Positions 48,231 through 56,677 of a stretch of DNA of 63,568 nt are shown here, in pieces (position 1 is the stretch's first letter; every line of letters begins with the position of its first letter). The stretch is from the NCBI GenBank assembly GCA_027005735.1, contig JALTLF010000103.1:1-63568 (forward strand). Reading direction: 5' to 3'. The stretch is from Chromatiales bacterium. Lineage in GTDB: Bacteria > Pseudomonadota > Gammaproteobacteria > CAMYNG01. Position numbers and translations under genes: made by a program. Under the pieces are notes generated by a model that was given only the letters and a program-made list of their open reading frames with translations, had not been told where the DNA came from and ran no database searches.

Positions 48231-49037
48231 TTATTTGAAAATACGCTGGAGGAATTTCAGCAGCGTCGCCCAGGACTGGGCATCCGCCTCGGCGTTGTAG
48301 GCCAGCGGCAGACCGAAGCGTTTGCCGTAGTCGTCCGCCGCGGGGTTGGTAAAGGAGTGCCGCGCGCCGGCGTAATTGACGAATGTATAATCGACACCGG
48401 CGGCCTGCATTTCCTTTTTGAACGCGGCGATCTGCGCCGGCGTGACGAAGGGATCATCGGCGCCGTTCAGAACCAGGACGCTGGCCTTCACCTTGCCGGG
48501 CTGCGCGGGGATCTGCGTGCCGAGGCTGCCGTGGAAACTTGCCACGCCACGCAGGTCCACGCCCATGCGCGCCATGTGCAAGACGATGCCACCGCCGAAA
48601 CAGTAACCGATGGCGGCGATGCGTCGGGGATCGGTTTGCGGCTGTCGCTTCAGCACGGCCATGGCCGCCTCGAAACGCGCGCGTGCCTGTGGCAGGTCAG
48701 CGAACACCGCGCTGGAAAAGGCCTTGGCGTCGTCCGGGTGGTTCGCCTGCCTGCCGTCACCGTACATGTCCAGCGCAAGGGCGACATAACCCGCTTTTGC
48801 CAGTTTGCGCGCGGCATTGCGCGCGTGTTCGTTGTGCCCCCACCACTCGTGTACCACCAGCACGCCGGGCCGCCTGCCGCTGATACTGTCGTCGTAGACC
48901 AGGTAACCGCGCATGCTGGCGCCGCCACCCTCGTAGCTTACTTCACGTTCCTTGAGTGCCGCGTGGCTGGCAGGCAGTGCCAGCAACAGGCCCGTCATCA
49001 GCAGGCAGCGAACCAGACCTCGCCGTGTCGTTTTCAT
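48231..49037 (-). CDS. Dienelactone hydrolase family protein with a signal peptide
   Basis: VHEWWG, GYCFGG, GADDP and HSFTN. Confidence 0.9.
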   Translation of the reverse strand: MKTTRRGLVRCLLMTGLLLALPASHAALKEREVSYEGGGASMRGYLVYDDSISGRRPGVLVVHEWWGHNEHARNAARKLAKAGYVALALDMYGDGRQANHPDDAKAFSSAVFADLPQARARFEAAMAVLKRQPQTDPRRIAAIGYCFGGGIVLHMARMGVDLRGVASFHGSLGTQIPAQPGKVKASVLVLNGADDPFVTPAQIAAFKKEMQAAGVDYTFVNYAGARHSFTNPAADDYGKRFGLPLAYNAEADAQSWATLLKFLQRIFK

Positions 49038-49174
49038 GTACCTCCCCCTCGTGTAATTGTCCCTGTACCCGACGTGACTTATAGCAGGGAATGGCAAGAA
49101 TGACAGCTGCGCGGGCGCCAATACCGGCGGGTAACAGTGATGGCGGGCGGGGCGATACGGGATGTGGGCGGCGC

Positions 49175-49657
49175 TCAGAGCGCCGTGGCTTCACGCAGGC
49201 CGAGCAGGGTCTCGACCTTCTGAAACAGCACGCCACGTTCGATGGGCTTGGAGAGGAAATCGTTGGCGCCCAGGCGGCGTCCCCACACTTCCTCGGTGAG
49301 CTGCTGGTTGCCGCTGATGAGAATGATGGGGATCTCGCGCGTCAGCGGATCCTTGCGCAGCAGGCGGGTGGCCTGGAAACCGTTGAGCCCCGGCATGACC
49401 ACGTCCATGAGGATGAGCCCTGGCAGGTGCGTGCGGGCCATCTCCAGGCCCTCCTCGCCGCCCGCGGCGGTATAGGTGGAAAAACCGGACTGCTCCAGCA
49501 TGGTCTTGAGGACATGCAGGGCCGTGCGCGAATCGTCCACGATGAGCACCGTGTCCCGCTCCCCCGGCGGAATGCGGGCGTGGCGGCGGCGCTCCCGGGG
49601 ATCACTGCCGTGGGATTCGTCCTTGCGGCCAAAGAGGCGGCGGAAACCGAGGTCCAT
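49175..49657 (-). CDS. Single-domain response regulator (PilH-like) with an N-terminal extension
   Basis: VLIVDDS, LILMDVVMPG.NGFQATR and FLSKP; N-terminal ERRRHAR. Confidence 0.85.
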   Translation of the reverse strand: MDLGFRRLFGRKDESHGSDPRERRRHARIPPGERDTVLIVDDSRTALHVLKTMLEQSGFSTYTAAGGEEGLEMARTHLPGLILMDVVMPGLNGFQATRLLRKDPLTREIPIILISGNQQLTEEVWGRRLGANDFLSKPIERGVLFQKVETLLGLREATAL

Positions 49658-49829
49658 GGGCGACAACCTTTAGCGAAACATGCAACACATGAGGGAATCC
49701 TAACCGTTCCCCGGCAAATGTAAATGATCCGTGTCACGGCTTGTATCCCACGCTTGTAGCAGGCCGTGATGCTTCCGTACTAGCCGCACGGGGCCGCAAA
49801 TTCCGCGCTGTTTGCAGGGAATTGGCGCC

Positions 49830-52289
49830 TCAGCTCATGCCGTAGCGGCCGAGCAGGGCGCCCGCCGCCATGGGCTGGCCGAACAGGTAGCCCTGGGTCA
49901 GCCCGCAGCCCATGCCCTTGAGGCAGGCGAACTGGGCCTCGTTTTCCACGCCCTCGGCCACCACCTCCAGCGACAGGCTGTCACACATGGAGACGATGGC
50001 GCGCGCGATGGCGGCATCGTTGTGGTCGTCCGGCAGGTCGCGCACAAAGATACGGTCGATCTTCAGCCGGTCCACCGGCAGATTCTTGAGGTAACCCAGG
50101 GAGGAATAGCCGGCGCCGAAGTCGTCGATGGTCAGGGTGATGCCGAGGGACTTGAGCTCGTGCAGCATCTGCATCAGGCGTTCGCTGTGCTTGAGGAACA
50201 CCGTCTCGGTGACTTCCAGCTCCAGGTTGCCGGGATCGATACCCGAGGCCGCAATCGCGTGGCGCACCACGCGCACGAAGTCTTCCTCCACCAGCTGGCG
50301 CGTGGAGACATTGACCGCGACACGCAGGTGGGTAAAGCCGGCCAGCTCGAAGACACGTACCTGGCGACAGGCCTCCTGCATGACCCACTCGCCGATGCTG
50401 ACGATGAGACCGGTCTCCTCGGCATAGTCGAGGAAACGCTGCGGCAACAACAGTCCCGAGCGCGGATGCCGCCAGCGCAACAGGGCCTCGACGCCGCGCA
50501 GCTCGCCGCTGTCCACCGCCACCTGGGGCTGGTAGAAGAGCTCGAACTCCTGCTTGCGCAGTGCGCGCCGCAGGGCCGAGTCGAGGCTGAGGCGCTTGTG
50601 CGCGCGGGTGGTGAGTTCCGGTCGGTAGAAATGAAAGCCCCCGCTACCGCTCTCCTTGGCGGTATGCAGGGCCGCGCCCGCGTTACGCAGCAGGGCGGTG
50701 GCACTGGCGCCGTCGTCGGGGAAACGGCTGATGCCGATGCAGGCCGTCAGGCAGATCTCGTAGTCACCGAGGCGCAGGGGATCGGAGAGCATGTCCAGCA
50801 GCTTGTGGGAAAATTTTTCCACGTGCACGGCGTCGCGCGTGTGGCGCAGGACGATGACGAAATCGTCGCCGCCGATGCGCGCCACGATGTCGTCGGCGCG
50901 CACCATGCTGGAGAGTCGCCGCGCCGCCGCCTGCAGGATGCGATCCCCCACGTCGTGACCGAAACCCTCATTGATGGTCTTGAAGCGATCGAGGTCGAGA
51001 CACAGCACCGTCACCTGGTCGCCCCGCTCCGCCGCCTCGCCCAGCAACTGTTCGAGGCGCGCCTCCAGCATGTGACGGTTGGGCAGGCGCGTGAGCTGAT
51101 CCTGCCGGGCCAGCTCATCGCCATCTCCGGCGGGCCGTGGCTGGCTCGCCGGCGCGCAACTCATCACCTGGTAGGCGATCTCGCCATTTTCTTCACGCAC
51201 CTGTTCCAGCACCACGTGGGCCTGCAGGGACTTCCCCCCCCGGTGCACCAGGGACGACGCCCCTTCCCAGCGACCACCCCTTTCCAGCGCCTCGCCCAGT
51301 GTACCGAGTTCATTGCCGCCCAGCAGGGCAAACAGGCTGTTGCCCACCACCTCGTCATCACTGAAACCGGTGAGCCGCGAGAAGGCCGGGTTGATGTCGG
51401 TGATGCGCCCGGTACGATCCGCCAGCACCACGGCCTGGTCCAGCACGCGCAGCGCGGCGGCCGTCTGGCGCAGCTTTTCCTCGATGCGCCGCGACTCGGT
51501 GACGTCGGTGGCGACGATCACGGCATCGGTGATGAGGCCCTCGCTGTCGCGGTTGGCGGTGGCGGACAACAACACCTCCACCGTTTCGCCATTGGCGCGA
51601 ATGAACTCGATGGGCTCCTCCTTTAGGATGCCGTGGGCACGAAAGGCCGGCAGGCATACGCGTTCCATGTAACGCCGCGAGGAATCACTGAGGAAACGTC
51701 CCAGCGGCTGGCCGACGGTCTCGGCGAAGGGATAGCCCATGATCTCCAGCCAGTATCGGTTGACGTCGGAGATGAGGTTGCGACGGTCTAGGGAGAACAA
51801 CATCACCGGGATCTGGTTACACAGGGCGCGAAACATGCGGTTGGCGATGGTGAAGACCCGGCCCTGTTCACCGCCCTGGCCGTGGGGCTCCACTTCCATG
51901 AGGATACCGCCGATCTCGCCCCCCTCGGTGAACCAGGGTTGCAGCCGGCCGCCCAGCAGGCGCGACTCGCCGCCGGGAGGCTGAAAGGCCTCGCGCTTCA
52001 GGGACCGCGCCATGCCGCTGAGGGCATGCTGGCAGGCGGCGCGCCAGGAGGCGGGCAGTCCCGGCAGCAGTTCTTCCAGGGGGCGGCGGTTGACCAGGCG
52101 GCCCTCGAGACCGAGCAGGGCAAACCATGACCGCGAGGCCAGCACCAGCCTGAGCTCTTCGTCGAACATGGCGAGCGCCGTCGGCGCATGGAGCAGGAAA
52201 CGCTTCAGCAGTTCGGTGGAGAAGGGCCGCGCGATGAGCCCGGAGGCGGTCCCGGCCGCGTTGCCGGTCTCGTCGGCGCCATCCGTCAC
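49830..52289 (-). CDS. Multi-PAS GGDEF-EAL protein
   Basis: Three PAS-like segments, DQLTRLPNR, DLDRFK, RIGGDDF, VEALLRW, IDDFGAGYSS and AEGVE. Confidence 0.93.
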   Translation of the reverse strand: MTDGADETGNAAGTASGLIARPFSTELLKRFLLHAPTALAMFDEELRLVLASRSWFALLGLEGRLVNRRPLEELLPGLPASWRAACQHALSGMARSLKREAFQPPGGESRLLGGRLQPWFTEGGEIGGILMEVEPHGQGGEQGRVFTIANRMFRALCNQIPVMLFSLDRRNLISDVNRYWLEIMGYPFAETVGQPLGRFLSDSSRRYMERVCLPAFRAHGILKEEPIEFIRANGETVEVLLSATANRDSEGLITDAVIVATDVTESRRIEEKLRQTAAALRVLDQAVVLADRTGRITDINPAFSRLTGFSDDEVVGNSLFALLGGNELGTLGEALERGGRWEGASSLVHRGGKSLQAHVVLEQVREENGEIAYQVMSCAPASQPRPAGDGDELARQDQLTRLPNRHMLEARLEQLLGEAAERGDQVTVLCLDLDRFKTINEGFGHDVGDRILQAAARRLSSMVRADDIVARIGGDDFVIVLRHTRDAVHVEKFSHKLLDMLSDPLRLGDYEICLTACIGISRFPDDGASATALLRNAGAALHTAKESGSGGFHFYRPELTTRAHKRLSLDSALRRALRKQEFELFYQPQVAVDSGELRGVEALLRWRHPRSGLLLPQRFLDYAEETGLIVSIGEWVMQEACRQVRVFELAGFTHLRVAVNVSTRQLVEEDFVRVVRHAIAASGIDPGNLELEVTETVFLKHSERLMQMLHELKSLGITLTIDDFGAGYSSLGYLKNLPVDRLKIDRIFVRDLPDDHNDAAIARAIVSMCDSLSLEVVAEGVENEAQFACLKGMGCGLTQGYLFGQPMAAGALLGRYGMS

Positions 52290-52649
52290 GGGCGGTGGCC
52301 TCGCGGGCAGGCTATGGAGGGGGTAGGGAGCGAACTATCCCACACTGTCCGCCGGGCAGTGCCATGGGGGTCTGGCAGAAGGGGTGTGTACCGCAATCCC
52401 GCCCTCGTTGCTTGTTATCATGGTCCCCGGAAGCCCCTGCGCGGCCGGGTGACCAGGCTATCATAGCGCGCTGGTTTTCCACGTCAAAATTGCGGTTGTT
52501 ACCCGGGAGGCTTGGCCGCCGTTTTGTGAGCTACATCACACTTTGGCGCCCCGGTGGCCCATGGGCTGCCCGGCAGGCGGCCCCGCGCGGGGTTTGGATC
52601 CCGGCCCAAAAGGGTCTAGAATTCCCTGTTTTTCACGGACATAGGCCCG

Positions 52650-53159
52650 ATGAACAAACCTGCCCCGCAGACGCCGCTGGTCGGCGTCATCATGGGCTCC
52701 CAGTCGGACTGGGAGACCCTGCAACACGCCACCGAGACCCTCACCCGCCTCGGCATCCCCCACGAGGCCCGCGTGGTCTCCGCCCACCGCACGCCCGACC
52801 TGCTGTTCGACTACGCCGCCGGCGCCCGCGAGCGGGGTATCGAGGTGATCATCGCCGGCGCCGGGGGCGCCGCCCACCTGCCGGGCATGTGCGCCGCCAA
52901 GACCAGCCTGCCGGTGCTGGGTGTGCCGGTGCAGTCGAAGGCCCTCAACGGCATGGATTCCCTGCTCTCCATCGTGCAGATGCCCGCCGGCGTACCGGTG
53001 GGTACACTGGCCATCGGCCGTGCCGGGGCGATCAACGCCGCGCTGCTGGCCGCCAGCATCCTCAGTCCGCGTCACCCGGGGATCCTCGCGGCCCTGGAGA
53101 CCTACCGCCGCGAGCAGACCGACGGCGTGCTGGCCCAGCCGGATCCGGGCCAGCCATGA
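52650..53159 (+). CDS. purE: N5-CAIR mutase
   Basis: [25 protein letters not shown] and [11 protein letters not shown]. Confidence 0.97.
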   Translation: MNKPAPQTPLVGVIMGSQSDWETLQHATETLTRLGIPHEARVVSAHRTPDLLFDYAAGARERGIEVIIAGAGGAAHLPGMCAAKTSLPVLGVPVQSKALNGMDSLLSIVQMPAGVPVGTLAIGRAGAINAALLAASILSPRHPGILAALETYRREQTDGVLAQPDPGQP

Positions 53160-54253
53160 CCATCGGCATCGTCGGCGCCGGCCAGCTGGGCAGAATGCTG
53201 GTCCTGGCGGGGCGCCCGCTGGGCCTGCAGTTCCGCCTGCTGGATCCCGCCCGCGATGCCTGCGCCGGCGAGCTCGCCGGGCAGATCGTCGCCGCCTACG
53301 ACGATCCCGGGGCGCTGGGCCAGCTCGCCGCCCAGTGCGAGGTCATCACCTTCGAGTTCGAGAACGTCCCCGCCACCGCGGTGGATCGCCTGTCCCACGA
53401 CCGCCCGGTGTACCCCTCGCCGCGCGCCCTCGAGATCGCCCAGGATCGCTTCAACGAAAAGACCCTCTTCGGCCGCCTGGGGATCGCCACGCCGCGCTTC
53501 GCGAAGATCGACAGCGAAGCCGAGTTGCGCACCGCCGTGGCAGGCATGGGCCTGCCGGCGGTGCTCAAGACCCGGCGCCTGGGCTACGACGGCAAGGGGC
53601 AGTTCGTGCTGCGCGAGGAAGCCGACATCGAGAAGGCCTGCTGGACGCTGGGCGATGCCGATCTAATACTCGAGTCCTTCGTGCCCTTCGAGCGCGAGGT
53701 CTCGCTGGTGGCCACGCGCCGCGCCAACGGCGAGACGGTGTTCTACCCCCTCACCGAGAACACCCACCGCAACGGCATCCTGCATCTCTCCATCCCGCGG
53801 GCCGGGGACCCGCTGCAGGCCGAGGCCGAGCACTGCGTGGGCCGCCTGCTGGAGGAGCTGGACTACGTGGGCACGCTGGCCTTTGAATTCTTCGTCCACG
53901 AGGGCCAGCTACTGGCCAACGAGATCGCCCCGAGGGTACACAACTCGGGGCACTGGACCATCGAGGGGGCGGTCACCAGCCAGTTCGAGAACCACCTGCG
54001 CGCCATCCTCGACTGGCCACTGGGGTGCACCGATCCGCTCTGTCCCGCCGCCATGGTCAACTTCGTCGGCGAGCTGCCACCGGCCGAGGCGGTGCTCGCC
54101 ATCCCCGGCGCGCGCCTCCATGACTACGGCAAGGCCCCACGCACAGGCCGCAAGGTGGGCCACGCCACGCTGCTGGCGAGCAGCGAGGCGGAACTGGCGA
54201 CGCGGCTTTCAGACCTCCTCGCCCTGGTACCGGAGACAGGCCGGGGCGCCTGA
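53156..54253 (+). CDS. purK: N5-CAIR synthetase
   Basis: [23 protein letters not shown] and [14 protein letters not shown]. Confidence 0.96.
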   Translation: MTIGIVGAGQLGRMLVLAGRPLGLQFRLLDPARDACAGELAGQIVAAYDDPGALGQLAAQCEVITFEFENVPATAVDRLSHDRPVYPSPRALEIAQDRFNEKTLFGRLGIATPRFAKIDSEAELRTAVAGMGLPAVLKTRRLGYDGKGQFVLREEADIEKACWTLGDADLILESFVPFEREVSLVATRRANGETVFYPLTENTHRNGILHLSIPRAGDPLQAEAEHCVGRLLEELDYVGTLAFEFFVHEGQLLANEIAPRVHNSGHWTIEGAVTSQFENHLRAILDWPLGCTDPLCPAAMVNFVGELPPAEAVLAIPGARLHDYGKAPRTGRKVGHATLLASSEAELATRLSDLLALVPETGRGA

Positions 54254-54492
54254 GCCGCCAGACATGGGCGGAAACACACGCTCCGGCGAGCAACCGCCCA
54301 TGACGGGACACGGAAAACTGGCGTATGATCAGGCCGAGTATCCGTGCCCTGCCCCCATCACCTGCGCGTGGAGGGATGAGCACCGTACACGCCGCCACGG
54401 CAGGCGCCACATGGCCGTGGCCCGCGGCGGAATGCGGAGGCGTCTTCCGGCCATCGACTTGCTGGCGGGCGCCCGCAACCGGACATGATGCC

Positions 54493-54945
54493 ATGCAACT
54501 GACCCGCTACACCGACTACGCCCTGCGCGTGCTCATCCGGCTTGCGATCACCCCCGATACCCGGGTGACGGTGCGTGAACTGGCGCAGGAATACGGTATT
54601 TCCCAGCATCACCTGGTGAAGGTCGCCCATCACCTGGCGAAACTGGATTACATCCTCAGCACCAAGGGGCGCAACGGCGGACTCGAACTGGCGCGCAAAC
54701 CGGAAGACATCAATCTCGGTACCCTCGTTCGCGACACCGAGCGCTCATTACAACTGGTCAACTGCGTGGACGAGAAAGACGGCTCGCAGTGCGCCATCCT
54801 CGACAGCTGCCGCCTGCCGGATATTCTCCAGGCGGCGGTGGACGCCATGCTGGCGGAGCTGGATCGCCACAGCCTCGCCGATCTGATTCATGATGCCGGC
54901 GATCTGCGGCGCTCGCTCAAGATCGCCTTTCAGGCAGCAGACTGA
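54493..54945 (+). CDS. nsrR: Rrf2-family regulator, NsrR-like
   Basis: MQLTRYTDYALRVL, HLVKVAH, KGRNGGLEL and three C-terminal Cys. Confidence 0.7.
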   Translation: MQLTRYTDYALRVLIRLAITPDTRVTVRELAQEYGISQHHLVKVAHHLAKLDYILSTKGRNGGLELARKPEDINLGTLVRDTERSLQLVNCVDEKDGSQCAILDSCRLPDILQAAVDAMLAELDRHSLADLIHDAGDLRRSLKIAFQAAD

Positions 54946-54949
54946 CTGC

Positions 54950-55558
54950 TCAGCCTGCGATGGGTGAATTGAGCGACTGGAGTTCCGCGCCCGTCTCCCT
55001 GAGCCCGAGGCGCGTGAAGGCGGCATTGGCGATACGCACGCGATACATGCTCGCCAGGGGCAGATCCAGCAGGTACACGAGCAGAGCGCGCACCACGCCG
55101 GCATGGGTCACCACCAGCACGTCCTCGCCATGGCGCGGCACCACCGAGCGTTGCCAGGCCGTACCCACGCGCGTCACGAAGCGTTCCAGCGGCTCGGCGC
55201 CGGGTGGCCGGCAGTGGACGGGATCATGATAGAAGGCCCGGTAGGCCCGCGCATTGGCCGCCTGTATTTCTTCATGACTGTGACCTTCCCAGTCGCCGAA
55301 ACCCACCTCGCGCAGATCGTCATCCAGATCCAGCGGCAAACCATGCGCGTCGGCCACTTCCGCGGCGAACTCCCGGCAACGCCGCAGGGGCGAACTGACC
55401 ACGCGTTGCCAGGGCGGGCGCTCCGGCATGGCCGCGCGCATCTGCGCCCAGCCACGCTCGCTGAGGGGATCGTCCACACCGTTGCCGCGAATGGCGCGCC
55501 CACCCACGGGCTCGCCGTGGCGCAGGAGATCAACGAAGGGGACAGAGTCGGTGGCCAT
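54950..55558 (-). CDS. Histidine phosphatase family protein (CobC-like)
   Basis: LLRHGE, SSPLRRC, LREVGFGDWEG and VTHAGVVR. Confidence 0.85.
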   Translation of the reverse strand: MATDSVPFVDLLRHGEPVGGRAIRGNGVDDPLSERGWAQMRAAMPERPPWQRVVSSPLRRCREFAAEVADAHGLPLDLDDDLREVGFGDWEGHSHEEIQAANARAYRAFYHDPVHCRPPGAEPLERFVTRVGTAWQRSVVPRHGEDVLVVTHAGVVRALLVYLLDLPLASMYRVRIANAAFTRLGLRETGAELQSLNSPIAG

Positions 55559-55574
55559 GGGGATCAGCGCCGGA

Positions 55575-55988
55575 TCATTCTTCCGGTTTGCGCTCCAGCG
55601 GGGTGATCTTCGCCAGTTCGGTATCGTCGATATCACTGAGCCGTTCGCCGAGGATCAGCGCCATGGCCTCCAGGACCTTGCCGCGCACGATGCCGCCATG
55701 AACATGGTAATGATTGACCGTGCATGCAACCGGCTCATGCAGGGCGCGGTCACGGGTCTGAAAATCGATCCAGGCGACAACCGGAACTTCGTTGAGTGCG
55801 GCATCAATAACGATCCAGGCGTCAGGCTCGATGATAAGCTCGAGGGTACGCAGCTTCGGTAGAGGAACACGCACGCTGCCGCCCTTGGCAAGGCGTTTGA
55901 GCGCAATCTGCGCAAGATTGTAGTGCTCGGCGCTGACCTTGCCGGGACGCGACGCATAGACCGGGACGTTTTCGAGACGTGGATTCAT
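55575..55988 (-). CDS. Hypothetical protein
   Basis: 137 aa, host-like codon use, tightly packed between neighbouring genes. Confidence 0.7.
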   Translation of the reverse strand: MNPRLENVPVYASRPGKVSAEHYNLAQIALKRLAKGGSVRVPLPKLRTLELIIEPDAWIVIDAALNEVPVVAWIDFQTRDRALHEPVACTVNHYHVHGGIVRGKVLEAMALILGERLSDIDDTELAKITPLERKPEE

Positions 55989-56031
55989 GGCCGTCCCCCT
56001 GTGTGTTTATACCCCTTTTCGGGGTGTGTGG

Positions 56032-56637
56032 TCAGTGCTCCGCACGACCATGGGCCTCGAGGAGCGTGCGCGTCATGATGCGATCAGTGACCGCCATGGC
56101 GATGGCAGAGACGATGAAGGTCATATGAATGAGCACCTGCCATTTTACCTCCACCTGACTGGCGGCGACCAGCTCGGCGGCCAGCGCGGCATCCGTGCCG
56201 GGCGGGATGGCCACATTCTGAACCTCGATGAAGGTCTTGAGCAGGTGGATAGAGGAAATACCGATCAGTGCCATGGACAGCTTGATCTTCATGGTCGCGG
56301 CATTGACGTGCGAGAGCCATTCCGGCTGGTCCGGGTGCTCGCGGATGTTGAGGCGCGAAACGAAAGTCTCGTAGCCGCCGATGATGACCATGATCAGCAG
56401 GTTGGCGATCATCACCACGTCGATGAGCGCCAGCACGGTGAGCATTATCTTGGTTTCGGTGGCCGTGCCCGCATCGCCCACCAGGTGATACAGCTCCACC
56501 ATGAAGTGATAGACGTACACGCCCTGGGCGACGATCAGACCCAGGTATAGAGGCGCCTGTAACCACCGACTCCAGAATATCATCTGGGCCAGAACGGAGA
56601 GAGAGGTGCCGCGCAGGTTGCTTTGACTATCGTTCAT
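56032..56637 (-). CDS. TIGR00645/YqhA (UPF0114) membrane protein
   Basis: SRWLQAPLYLGL, IDVVMIANLLIMVIIGGYETFVSRL and SIHLLKTF. Confidence 0.88.
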   Translation of the reverse strand: MNDSQSNLRGTSLSVLAQMIFWSRWLQAPLYLGLIVAQGVYVYHFMVELYHLVGDAGTATETKIMLTVLALIDVVMIANLLIMVIIGGYETFVSRLNIREHPDQPEWLSHVNAATMKIKLSMALIGISSIHLLKTFIEVQNVAIPPGTDAALAAELVAASQVEVKWQVLIHMTFIVSAIAMAVTDRIMTRTLLEAHGRAEH

Positions 56638-56677
56638 GCCGACTCCGGTATAGTTTCAGTAGCCGGAAAGCCTACAC

